Shown: positions 1 through 11,312 of the stretch, piece by piece
How positions within the stretch are numbered: position 1 is the first letter of the stretch
How the letters are laid out: the number at the start of each line of letters is the position of its first letter
From: Squalus acanthias
Lineage: Eukaryota
DNA length: 64,000 bases
Assembly (NCBI GenBank): GCA_030390025.1
Contig: CM059433.1
Coordinates: forward strand, 25,546,001-25,610,000
Direction of reading: 5' to 3'
The notes under the pieces: model-generated
Database searches by the model: none
What the model was told of the DNA's origin: nothing
The model's input: the letters and a program-made list of their open reading frames with translations, nothing else
Position numbers and translations under genes: made by a program

Positions 1-108
1 AGAAACCTCGGTTGGTAGCGTTCAATTCGTCTATGCTCTCGCCTGGTCTTGGGTCTTGATTGGCAGAGTCTTTTTCTTGTCAGATCTGTAGAAATCTGTC
101 ACATTAAC
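1..108 (-). mobile_element. Possible LTR 5' end (TGTTAA... on minus strand), truncated by the window edge
   Basis: Reverse complement begins TGTTAATGTG at 108 and abuts a Penelope-derived repeat. No other support. Confidence 0.25.
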
Positions 109-371
109 ACCACCTCTAGCCTTGCATATCTCTTAATGTCTCTTAATGTCTCTTCATCTCCTCCTTTGTTCCTTTATCCCCTCCCCCTTTTCCCAGCTTT
201 ACCCTGGCCTTAAATCTATTTGATTTCCAGCTCTTCCCAGTTCTGATGAAAGGTCATCGACCTGAAACGTCAACTCTCTTTCTCTCTCTACGGATGCTGC
301 CTGGCCTGCTGAGTTTTTCCAGCGTTTTCTGTTGTTATTTCGGATTTCCAGCATCTGCAGTATTTTGCTAT
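109..371 (+). mobile_element. Penelope-like element (PLE) terminal-repeat fragment
   Basis: Pyrimidine-rich tract, then CTGATGAAAGGTCATCGACCTGAAACGTCAACTC...GATGCTGCCTGGCCTGCTGAG...GCATCTGCAGTATTTTGC. The same repeat recurs at ~2806-3017, ~9880-9995, ~48910-48990 and ~60250-60400. Confidence 0.7.
239..275 (+). ncRNA. Minimal type I hammerhead ribozyme motif
   Basis: Stem I AGTT(239-242)/AACT(272-275); core CTGATGA 243-249 plus one extra A; stem II AGGTC/GACCT 251-263; GAAA 264-267; palindromic ACGT stem III; GTC cleavage triplet 269-271. Confidence 0.7.
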
Positions 372-972
372 CGTAATAGAAATGAGCTGATCTGGAGGGA
401 GATTAGGACGACCGGGAGGGTATAACTGGGAAGACCCAGCCCCTCTCTCTCTCTCTCTCTGCCTGGATCCCGGTTCACCCTGTCTGTCTGCTAGCAGCCA
501 AGAAAGAAGACCAGAAACTTCGTAGGCACGTTTCGACGGCAGAGACAGGGTACAGGGCCAGGTTTTTCCATCCATTTCACCGGTGAGCATTATCTTCTTC
601 TGGCTGTCGCAAGACAATTTTAGTTAGGCGTAAGGGTGGGAATTAATGGGGATATTGCTAAAATTGTAATTTTAGGATTTTCCCTCGATGTGTCCGTTTC
701 TCCTCCCATGTTAAGTGTAGAACCGTACTGCATAGTGATTTTGTTTTCTTCATATGATACTGTTTCTCTGTAGTTTTACTTCTGTAAATAAACATTAGTT
801 TTCCTTGCACCAATCCACGGGTCTGTTCGTTTGTCCTTATCGCCGCTCGATAAGTCCTGGGCTCAGAACTAGGAAGGGGATAGCGATTCGCAACCGCACA
901 GCGGGCAGGACAGTCCAGGAAAACATAACTGGCTGACCTACAAATAAGCCCCTGAGACAAAAACCCCTTACA
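372..972 (+). mobile_element. Probable solo LTR
   Basis: TATA-like TATAA ~421, AATAAA 787-792, ends CCCCTTACA (same terminus as the minus-strand LTR at 57768). No matching TSD seen. Confidence 0.4.
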
Positions 973-1088
973 CAGTTGCACATTAATGGAATGGAAGGCC
1001 CTGCAAAGTCAGTAGGGTTGTGTGAATGAGCCTGCAGGTCAACATGGTTACAACCAGTGATGCCCCGGACTTGGAGAAATCCTGCCAG

Positions 1089-1715
1089 TCAGTGTGAACC
1101 CCACAGCCCTATCCTGCTGCTTCTGAATGTCCAGGGAGGATATGATGGAAATGCTTGCTTGAGCCTGCTTAATGCACGGCACAGGTAACTGGTGTTACTG
1201 ATATCCCCTGTGCCAAGGAGCCGAAGGCAAAGAAGTTGAAGGCTGCAGTCACCAACTGCAACAGGCAATGCTGTGCCAGCTGTGGCAGTTAGTTGTAGGA
1301 GGAGGCAACGCAACTCCGTGACTTCATCCCTAGAGATGTCCAGCCTTCTTGTGCCTTGCTCCTCAGAGAACTGCAGGTATGTTATCCTGGGCCTATGAAC
1401 TCTGTTGGGAGGGTAAGGATTCCTGCAAGTATGCCTCATTCTATTTAGTTCCCCTCCAGCTCGGTTTGATCCTTCCTTCTGCTCTTTCTCCTCTTGTTCC
1501 TGCTCCTCCACTTGGCAAAGTAGAATTGCCAGAAAGAGCCCCATGAATAAAAAGGTGCGATTCCAGAAGCCCCTTCCGAGTTCAGAGTGTTCTACAACAA
1601 CTACAAGCACTTTGATACTGTCTAAGTAGCACACTGTCTCCCAAAACTTTCTAGAGTAGTTTCTGAGAGCAGTTGAGGATCCCTTTAAATATGTCTGGAA
1701 ATGGCTGCCTCCCAA
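1089..1715 (-). pseudogene. Decayed Harbinger transposase fragment
   Basis: ORF contains PYPPNRVHRPRITYLQFSEEQGTRRL..SRDEVTELRCLLLQ...LPVAV, matching the N-terminus of the intact transposases at 19666 and 34891; frameshifted afterwards. Confidence 0.75.
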
Positions 1716-2805
1716 ATTGTACCAGCCATGGTTCGTGGGTGAGAGCAGGATCTGGTGGCAGCAATGCAGGAAGAGGTAATATCGGTATAAAGGGTGGTAA
1801 CTACATCATTTGGCCTGGTTAGATATATTACTGTTACTGTCCGCCTAGATCGAGGTCTGCCCGAATATCGGGACAGGTGGGAATGCAGTGGTATATAAAT
1901 ACAAGTTGTTCTTGTTGGTATGTCGGTACTTCATTATGTGCTATTTAGACCCTGTTACCACTCCATTGTTAAACACAAATGGGCCTGTAGGTATACAACA
2001 ATCACCCCCATTGTTATTGAAATAGAGTTCTTTCGATAAAGTTTTTTTTTAGTTCAGCATTGACGTCAAATCCATTATCACATCTGGGACACAAGGGCTT
2101 TGATGAAGGAACATGAATGCATGACGGCACTGATCACAATGATAGATGTTGGTAAAGAACTTGAAAGGGAATGGAATTGGTTATTGGTGGGCGTGCTTTC
2201 ATGCAGGCTTTATACATTGCTAAATACCCTGCAGGAATTATTCATCAAGTTAACAGATGTAATACAGCAATCGAGTACAAGAGTTCAAAGTAACAGTCTG
2301 CTTCTTTGAGAGTAACTTCAGATTCTATTTAGTGAGCTTGATGGGGTCCTTAGGTTATTGTTCCTTAATGATTCTACGCTTGTTACCTTGATATTACTAA
2401 ATTTACTGCACGCTGATACACTGAGGTCCTTATTCGTCATCATTTGCTACCAAGAGAACTCAGTTAATTTAAAGGGAATTTTGAGAAATAGAAATTGCTC
2501 AGTTCCTCACTTTTAAGAACATTTCTGGATATTCCTGACCATCTATGTAGGAAATTGCCATCACAGTGCACTGCAGTGAGGAGGTGCTGAATGGAGGCAG
2601 AATTCCTTCCCTGGGCAGGGTGGTGAAATTGTGGGGCGGGGGATGGAGTCACACTGGGCTGCTCTTGTGCACTTCCAAGTAGCTGGTTTCTGTGTGTCTC
2701 CTGTTGGCCTGGAATGGTGTGTGGTGGACAGAGACCAAGAAGGAAAAATGGGAGAAAAGTCCTTAAAAAGAGGGAGTTGGACAACTTGTCCAATAGTTCA
2801 TACAA

Positions 2806-3017
2806 TAGCAAAATACTGCGGATGCTGGAAAACTGAAATAACAACAGAAAACACTGGAAAAACTCAGCAGGCCAGGCAACATCCGTGGAGAGAGAAACAG
2901 AGTTAACATTTCAGGTCGAAGACCCTTCGAAGGGTCTTCGACCTGAAACGTTAACTCTGTTTCTCTCTCCACGAATGTTGCCTGGCCTGCTGAGTTTTTC
3001 CAGCGTTTTCTGTTGTC
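2806..3017. repeat. Head-to-head inverted pair of PLE-derived repeats (near-perfect palindrome centred at 2928/2929)
   Basis: ...TTCAGGTCGAAGACCCTTC|GAAGGGTCTTCGACCTGAA...; arms stay complementary for about 85-90 bp. Confidence 0.8.
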
Positions 3018-3689
3018 CAATAGCTCAGCAGGTTCATGCAGTAAGTGGCTGAGCCATACAGACCAGAAGGAGCTGCTGTGATTCCCGACCACGCTGGGTT
3101 ATTATCACTGGGCTGGGAAGGGCAAGATCACCAAGGGGGGGAAAAAAATGACTTTACCCTCCAAAAATATATTTTTAAATGCCATAGTTTCCTCAGAACG
3201 GTTCCCGCTCTGCCGCCATAACTTCCCCAAAGTGCAGCTGAGCGGGATCAGCCCTGAGGAAATTCCAGGTAAATGTAAGTGGAGGTGCTCATTATGAGAA
3301 AAATAATGGTCATTTGTTCAAAATGTCACCATCTTTCATCACTGACACATTGGGATGGATGCATTTGGCGGTGCTGGATTTGATTAGGTATAACACTGTC
3401 AGAAAAAGATTCTTTTGGCTTGTAGGTAGATCATTTTGCACCAGCTTACATTTTCCACCTGACATTAATAACTGGCCATTTTCAAACCAATGACTCAAGG
3501 TGTGACTGGGAAAGGTACCCCAAAATATTCAAACAGTTTTGAGTCTTAGCACTTACAACATTGAGGTTAACTTCAAATTTTCATTAATTTCTCTAGAATA
3601 TTGTATAAAATGTGTTTCGCAACACATCCTGTTACTTTGCTTGTCACATAGGTTCTAGAAACCGCTTTAAAGCCATTGGGCACCATTCC

Positions 3690-4110
3690 TTGTCTGTGCA
3701 GGTATTACGTTTCCTGTTCTAATGTGCATTATTTGCATTCAATCATCTTACAAATCTATCTGCCTTTGCTTTGATCCACCTAATAGAATCTGATTGATCT
3801 CTCCAACATTGGTTACCTGGCCACATATCTGATGTCATCAGATAATTTTATAACATGATACCTAGAAATAAAGCTCCTATTATTTATGAATAATGTGATC
3901 AGCTGGATAAACAGAGCAGAACCCTAACAGATTTCCATTCATCAATCCCTTCTCAGACACAACCTTTTCCACATACCGCTTCTGCTTTCTATTGACCAGC
4001 CAATTCTCAACGCCCATCTATTTAATTATAGTGAATTCCATGAACTATGTCCTTATTTAAAAGCTTCACTGTGGAATTTTATTGAGTGTTTTCTAAAAAT
4101 CTAAGTACAT
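3690..4110 (-). mobile_element. Old CR1-type LINE RT fragment
   Basis: Degenerate similarity to the CR1 RT segments at 14153-14536 and 49700-50150 (DF.KAF, W...L..R.QKV, DD). Confidence 0.5.
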
Positions 4111-4121
4111 CGAGGTACATA

Positions 4122-5014
4122 GGGGGAAAAATTCAGTTGGTTGCGCCTCCCGTTAGCGCCTTAAGAGGGCGCTAATGGGGCGCAAATCATCTAGCGCCCA
4201 GGCGCGGCGATGTTTGCGCCGCTCGCGAAATTAACGAGACACTTTGCGGCGGCGCTAAACACTACCGCCACGATCTCCTGCGCCGGCAGATCGTGACGTC
4301 AGTCGAGTGCGCAACACCCCGGTATCGCCCCGGAGCGGATATTGAGTGGCGCCCCCTGCCTTACCGCCTGACGCTAGCAATGACATGTTGAGGGGAGCGT
4401 TTTGCAGTCATGAAGGGACTGGGGGAGCGCTATTTAAAGGCGACTGCTTCCTGCCTTTTATTGTTGGTGCCATTTTTGAACCACGCATTCTGAGAGAGAG
4501 GGAGAGAGTCTTCTGGAGAGATTCAACGCTGTGTGAAGGAGTTTTGGGTACTGAGCAGCACTTTGCAGGTTCATTTTGATTTGCCATTCCTTGTATCGAT
4601 TTAGAAGTGATTGTGGGGGCTGCACTCTGAGCTCTTTGCCTGGTACTCTCCATTGTTCTTTCCAGCAGATTTGATGTGCAGGTCTCTCCAGGCCGAGATT
4701 CAAGGCTGCAATGAGCAGGATGTGGATGGAAAGCAAGATCAACCATCCCCTTTAAGAACTGGCCCGTGCCATTGTGTGTGTGTTCCGTTGCTGACTGACA
4801 TCACATGAGCTTCGCCCGCGCTCTGAGGTAGCGCCTCGCTCCTCGGCCTTTGCGCCTTAAGACAGGTGTGAAGCGCCTGATTTAGCGCTCCAATCACCTC
4901 CAGGGGCGATAAAAGTCAAGTTTGCAGTCGGTGGCGATAATTAGCGCCAGGCGCTAATCTTTGCGCCCGGCCGATAATTGCGCCCCAAATGGGGCGATAC
5001 TGAATTTCTCCCCC
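4122..5014 (+). mobile_element. Non-autonomous Harbinger (MITE, 893 bp), deletion derivative of the 19213-26523 family
   Basis: TIRs GGGGGAAAAATTC / GAATTTCTCCCCC; flanks ATA/ACA; left and right parts match the two ends of 19213-26523. Second copy at 28057-28942. Confidence 0.9.
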
Positions 5015-5734
5015 ACAGAGTCTACAGCACAGGAACAGGGCATTCGACCCAGCTGGTCTATGACACCATTCATGCTCCACACAAGCCTCCTTCCCACCCC
5101 TCTTCATCTAACCCTATCAGCATATCCCATTATTCCATTCTCCCCCATGTGTTTAACTAGCTTAAATGCATCTATGCCATTTGCCTCAACTACTCCTTGT
5201 GGTTGCGAGTTCCACATTCTCACCACTCTTTGGGTAAAGAGGCTTCTCCTGAATTCCCTATTGGATTTATTAGTGACTGTCTTATATTTATGACCTCTAG
5301 TTTTGGTCTCCTCCACAAGTGGAAACATTTTCTCTGTGTCTACCCTATCAAACCCTTTCATTATCTTAAAGACCTCTGTCAGGTCACCCCTCAGCCTTCC
5401 CTTTTCTAGAGAAAAGAGCCCAGCTTGGTTAACCTTTCCTGATAAGTCTATCCTCTCAGTCCTGGTATCATCCTTGTGAATCAGTTTTGCACCTTCCCCA
5501 CTGCCTCTATATCCTTTTATAATATGGAGACCAGAAATGTGCACAGTAATCCAAATGTGGTCTAACCAAGGTTCTATACAAGTTTAACATAACTTCTCTG
5601 CTTTTCAATTCTATCCCTCTGGAAATGAACCCCAGTGCTTGATTTGCTTTTTTAATGGCCTTATCAATCTGCGTCACTATTTTTAATTATAAGTGTATCT
5701 GCACCCCTCGATCCCTTTGCTCCTCTTTAGACTC
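5015..5734 (-). mobile_element. CR1/HER1-type LINE 3' fragment
   Basis: ORF 5104-5544 has LFSLEKGRLRGDLTEVFKIMKGFDRV...TRGH...FTQRVVRMWN, the CR1 ORF2 C-terminus. Confidence 0.85.
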
Positions 5735-5737
5735 TTA

Positions 5738-6512
5738 GGGCTGGATTTTGATACTGGGGCGGGTTGGGGTCGTGTCAGCCGCATTTCGTGTTATCCACCC
5801 GACAGCAATTGGATGTGGGAGATTGATGCAATTTTCACCTAATTGGGCAATTGAGTTCCAGCATGTGGGAACCCATGAACCAATTAGTGGCTTCAGTCTG
5901 AAAGTCGCCTCTGATGATGTCATCATTGCTGCTGCATTGCAGGTCAGAGACTGCCTGGCTTTTGCTGTGAGATGACCTGGATGCAAAATGAACAGCAGCT
6001 CAGAGAGAGAGAGAGAGAGAGAGAAGAGAGAGAAGAGAGAGAGAGAGAGACTTTTTTTTGCATCCAGGTCCTCTCACAGCAAAGGCCAGGCAGTCTGTGA
6101 AGACCTTCAATGCAGCAGCATCAGAGGCGACTTTCAGACCTAATACTACTACTACCTTCATCACTTCTCTGTTGTAATAGTGGACCTGCATCTGATAGTC
6201 AGCTATCCACTTGTGCTCCCGCCAGGTTTCACAATCGTGGTTCAGAACAGGCATGCTTCACGTAGATCAAGGGTTAAAATCACAAAGGCCTTTCAAAATG
6301 GCATTATAGAGCCAATTTAGTGCTTGTTAAGGGCCTTAACAGCCTATCCCATCTCTTAAAGGCGGGACGGAGTCGGGACCAGCAGACACGATTTAATGAA
6401 AATTGCGTGGAGGCGGGATGGAGGCGGACTTGTGCCCGCCCACCAGTTTTCGCAATTTTAACCCCCCACACGCCTCCAAACCCGCCTCCACAGGTCAATG
6501 AAAATCCAGCCC
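5738..6512 (+). mobile_element. Harbinger-type MITE with internal fold-back and (GA)n core
   Basis: TIRs GGGCTGGATTTT / AAAATCCAGCCC; TSD TTA (5735-5737, 6513-6515). Inverted second copy at 55374-56166. Confidence 0.9.
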
Positions 6513-7589
6513 TTATTATCCAAGCAGTATGTGGCCTCTTTGTTATATAAGATATCTATTCAATGGTTCTCATCCACTAAATTGGTTACCTCATCAAAGA
6601 ATATCAGTAGGTTAGTGGGGCATAACTGTTCTTTCTGGAACATACTAACTATCTCTTATGGCCTAAGTGGTCATTATATAAAAATGATTGCATCCTATAA
6701 AATGTCTGAGCTACTGTGCAGTCTGGATACATTGAGATGCACAGTGACCATGTTGAACACTAATATGCAATTTTTAGGGGCACTTTTGGTGGGAGCAGGT
6801 TAAATGTCAAGTTAATCTTGTCAACAAGCTGGTGTTAAACTAACCTGCACCTCTGTGATGTCCCTTAAGTCCTCTGAAGGGCAATTAACAGGGGCTGTGA
6901 GCCAGCGTCAAACTTTACTGTGGCTACTATGACACCCTATTCAGACTTTCACTCTGAGGGATCTGTCCAATGATGAATCGCCTAAAGCTTACAGAACACA
7001 TGCACATAGCTTTATTATTAAATCTTGCAAATACATTCAGCATCATAAGCACAGAATACCAGTATTTATTTCTATCAATGTTTGAACTAATTTTAATGGA
7101 AGTCAATGAGGTTACCTCAACAGCAATAAATTGAAGAGCCACTGTACTGTTATGTGTATATGTTAAATGTTGTCCTTTCTTCTCCATGTAATTTCTTCAT
7201 TGACATTTCATGTATAGTTTTGAAAACTGACGAATGTCGGTCTTCATTCTCCTGGGTGCAAGTTTTGCAATTCCTTTTCTCCTGTGGGTTTCCTCAGTCC
7301 TGCTGTCCCTAATATATTCATGCACAAGCTGTATTTTGCCATTTGGAAAATTAATATTTTTGCTGTGCAATGATACTAAAAACACAAACTGTGTGTCAAC
7401 ATTCTCGGTATTGAGTATCATGCAAAGTACATTTAATACAGGCCAGTTAAGGTAAAGTTGCTTAGGAGTAAAGTGACTTTGACTTTGTATTGATGCAAAT
7501 TGTGTAGCATAATTAGGAGTGAAATCGCACAGATAAAAATTTGTGAAGCTGTGCAAAACCACCATCCAGTAGCCTATATATTCAGGCAG

Positions 7590-8256
7590 CACCCATTTAT
7601 CGTGCGCTAACTGGCCTTCTAAGCCACTATATGGCAGGCAGGACACGAGTGCACATTTCTGGCCGGAAGTGTGCCACCCGCCATATTGGCGAAGGAAAAT
7701 AATAGGCGTTCAGGCCCATGCCTGAAACAGAGGTTAGCCCCTTTGAATATGCAAATAAGGGGCCTAACGCCTGTCTGAGGCCCCACTTGCAAGATTGGTT
7801 TGCCCTGAATTAGCCAACACCAGTGCTGGCTACACTCAATGAAACCAGACCTTGGGACCACCTGTGACCTACAAGGAAACTTTACTTACCTGAATGTGGA
7901 ACTAGAAGGAGCACCCATCATTTAAAGAACGCTCGTCGCTGTTCATCCCTCGGCCCTCTCCCTGCCCCCCCCCCCGACCCCCCAATTACTGCTGCTCCCA
8001 GCATCTGGCCTCCTATCCTTACCCTCCAGCCTCCGATCCCTGGCCTCTCTGGCCCTCACTTACCTGAGAACCGTTACGCGTTAGCAGCAGCACGATCTCG
8101 GTTTCCTCATCGCTGGCTGGCTGTTCGTGCCACACCGGCTCTGTTAAAATGCGGCCTGATGCCCAATATCAGGGCAGCCTTGGGCGTTCCCATTCAGGCA
8201 CGAGGCATGGACTTTGTGCCCCCCGTGCACCCAAAATGGGCATGCCCGAATTTCCT
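7590..8256. mobile_element. Probable decayed Harbinger-type non-autonomous element
   Basis: GC-rich island with a TIR-like right end (...CCCGAATTTCC) and a C-rich core similar to 42262-42745. Confidence 0.35.
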
Positions 8257-8280
8257 TTTAGTTTTCATTTTAAACTCTTT

Positions 8281-10455
8281 GGGGGAAATATTCGTGTTCG
8301 CCAGCAAAGTTGCCGGTGTCACCGGCAACTGTAGTAAATGGTCGCAACGCTAAGTGAGTGAAATTGGTCTGGGGGGCATGGAGGTAGGTGGTGCAGTGCT
8401 GGAGGGATCCGGTATGAATTTTCTTTCCAGGAGCAGCGCTGGAGCTTCCCACAGCCTCTGTGAGCGAAGCTGTGGAGCTCCCAGGGAATTGTGGGCAGTG
8501 AAGAGGTCTGAGAATTAAAGGGGCCATGCACACTGAAGCAATACAAAATAAAATGCAGTGAATCAATACATTTTTCAGCCCTTTCTGCCTTTAAAAAAAT
8601 ATTCAATATAAAAGAAGTTCCAAATGTGAATATTCAGCTCTTAAAGCTGAATTACCTTCCTAACCTCAACAAATGGGAAAACTGCCTCAGCACGAACACA
8701 AATGGCCCAAAAAGCCAGGGAAGGGGCACTGAGGGTCTCACACGCAGCACTCCAGCTTTGTGCAGGCGGTCAACACTGTAAGAGCGGCCCTCTACCCACA
8801 GGGGCCAGGAGGCCCTCCAGAAAGAACAATGTGGGAGTACATTACCGAGATCGTCACTGCCAGCAGTGTCGCCCCCACCACCTGGCTCCAGTGCCCAAAG
8901 AAGCTTCATGACCTCAGAACACTGGTCAAGGTCAGTGAATGCATCTTCAAATGGCGTCTCCTACCAACTGCACCACGAGCCTCACACACAGCTCAATGCA
9001 CGACCCCCAATCACTCACCTACCAACAATCTGCACCAATGATGAGGCACATCTCCCATTCCTAGCCTCTTTGGAGGAGACGGTGCAGGCCATTCTTGGCA
9101 GGGGCATGGCTGAGCCCTTGACCAGTGGTGGGGCTGAAAGGATACAAGATGCTGGTATCCTCGTACGTTATCCTCCTTCTGGCATGCACCTCTTGCTTCC
9201 CCGCCCTCCCGTCAGCACAACTCCACCTTTGTGTCTTCCTCATTTCACACACCCAAGAAATGCAGCCTGCCCAGCCAGTGGGTCAACAAGAAGAGGGAGA
9301 GGAGAGTGAAGAAGAACAAGAATAGAGGATGATTGATTTGACACTCCCAGCCACCAGCTCCTCAAGTTCAACCAGTGAGGACATTTGCAGTGTCCCCCAC
9401 TGAAAGTCAGCAGCCTTCCGCCAGCCATGCTTCAGCCACTGGGGTAGAACTGCATGACATCAGTAAGATAAGCAAAGGCACAAACAAGACAGTCACTAGA
9501 AGAATGCATATGGGTGATGAGTTGATTCCTTGATGTCACATTGGATGGATAGACGTATATAGGTGGATTGGAAAGTTTGCTTTGTGGTGCCTTTTATTTC
9601 AGCATCGTGGCCAAGAGGACATTGTGATGGTCAGTAACAGATGGAAGGTAAGGTGTGGGACAAATATTGAAAGGGGAATTGGGGTTGTGGTCACTGGGAC
9701 CGCAGGCGGATGATTCCATCCCGGATATCCGGGCCACAAAGGGGCTGTCTGGGATGCATCCTTCTGTCTGATTCCTCCTCTTCTGATTCCTCCTCTACGG
9801 CTTCCTCCACTTCAGCTTCCTCCTCTTCTGCATCTTCCTCGTCCCAGTGCAAGCAGATGCTGTATATGTGAAATGACAGCATAAAATGCTGGAAATACTC
9901 AGTTGCTCAGGCAGCATGTCGACCTGAGACATGAACTCTGTTTTTCTCTCCACGGATGTTGGGTGACCTGCTGAGTATTTGCAGCATGTTCTGTCTTCTC
10001 AAAGGCCTTCATTTACCATCTGAACCCTTGCAAGCGGCCAGCAGCACTCCCTACACACTTAACATTTTTTCACATCTATTGCAGCAAGCCACCACTTCAA
10101 TAAAATAAATAAAAACAGTCTAAACCCTTAAATTCAAACTTACCTTTTAAGAGGTCCCGACATCTCCACTGCCAGCCTGCTTGCAAGCCAAGTTAACCCG
10201 TCATGCTTAAGACCCAGCGCTGAATTCAGCGCTAGGGTCGAAGTTCGCGCTTGTGATGTAAAGTCGGCGTTGCACGACGATTTACGTCACAACACCGCCA
10301 TTTTGTCCAGCATGGCGCTGCAGTTACTGGCAGCGCAATGGTAAGGACGAAAATGGTGGCCTCTGCGTGTGCCACCAGCGGCTGGTGAAGGAGCGGCGGC
10401 CGCTGTTTTTGTGCCATCTAATGGCACTATGGCGTGCTGCTAAGGCCATGAATTT
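8281..10455 (+). mobile_element. Decayed Harbinger with Myb/SANT partner remnant
   Basis: TIR-like GGGGGAAATATTC at 8281; exon 1 remnant 8702-8930 (MAQKAREG...TWLQCPKKLHDLRTLVK|gtcagt); exon 2/3 remnants; acidic transposase tail on the minus strand at ~9700-9845. Confidence 0.65.
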
Positions 10456-11222
10456 CAAATTATAGCAAAGAGCATGTTAAAAGTAAAAATTTAACTCACA
10501 TTTGTCTGTTCATGCACTTCAACACCATAAATGCTGTTTCTAATCTGGCTCTAAAGTAGCACAAAAATGACCAACACTTCCTAATACATCATTTATTAAA
10601 CCCTACTAATATAATAGAGTGTCAAGCCAATTTCAGTGGATACATTTACTTCAATTAATTTTGCTTTAGAACTCAGTGGGGAACAATACATATTCGATGG
10701 AGTTGTGTTCTTTTCAGTTCCTGGTCATTAATCGTAAGATGTGCACTTGTGTTGGAAACTAATTAAGTTTTTTTTACAGCTAATTAATCAGATACTTAGG
10801 AACACAAGGACTCATCAAACTACACAGAATGTCAGTGTTTGACAGCTTCACAGAGCTGTGAAATTATGACATTTCTTCTTTCAAAAGTTCTTGACAGATG
10901 ACACGTCAGACGTTGACGTGCTCTGTCACTGACTTCCCTCTAATTGGCCTGCTGAGGCCACCGGGCTGGCTTAACAAGGTCAATCAGGGGAAAATCCCGC
11001 TGGTTGGCCAGAAGCTGATGGAGGCGGGACTGAAACCCGACAAGTGGGAGTCCCGCCTCCAAAAGCTTCCCATTCAGAAAATCCAGCCCAAAGATTAGCC
11101 TAGAAATGTTTGGCGAAAAGACTTGCTCTTGTTTTTAACTGCTAATATATACTAGGGATGTCGTTATAATACAGGTACTAGTTTGAAATGGAATAATGAC
11201 CAGATAATCAGTAAAAGATAAT

Positions 11223-11312
11223 GGGAACGGTAGCATTGTGGTTATGTTACTGGACTAGTAATCCAGAGGCCTGGACTAATGATCCAGAGACGTGAGTTCA
11301 AATCCCACCACG
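11223..11312 (+). promoter_or_regulatory. tRNA-derived internal Pol III promoter (A box, doubled anticodon arm, B box)
   Basis: TAGCATTGTGG 11231-11241; CTGGA-CTAGTAA-TCCAG 11250-11266; CTGGA-CTAATGA-TCCAG 11271-11287; GAGTTCAAATCCC 11294-11306. Confidence 0.7.

Noticed and set aside
11223..11312. Functional tRNA genes (also 15150-15209 and ~43520-43590)
   Set aside because: No proper acceptor stem; they are retroelement heads.
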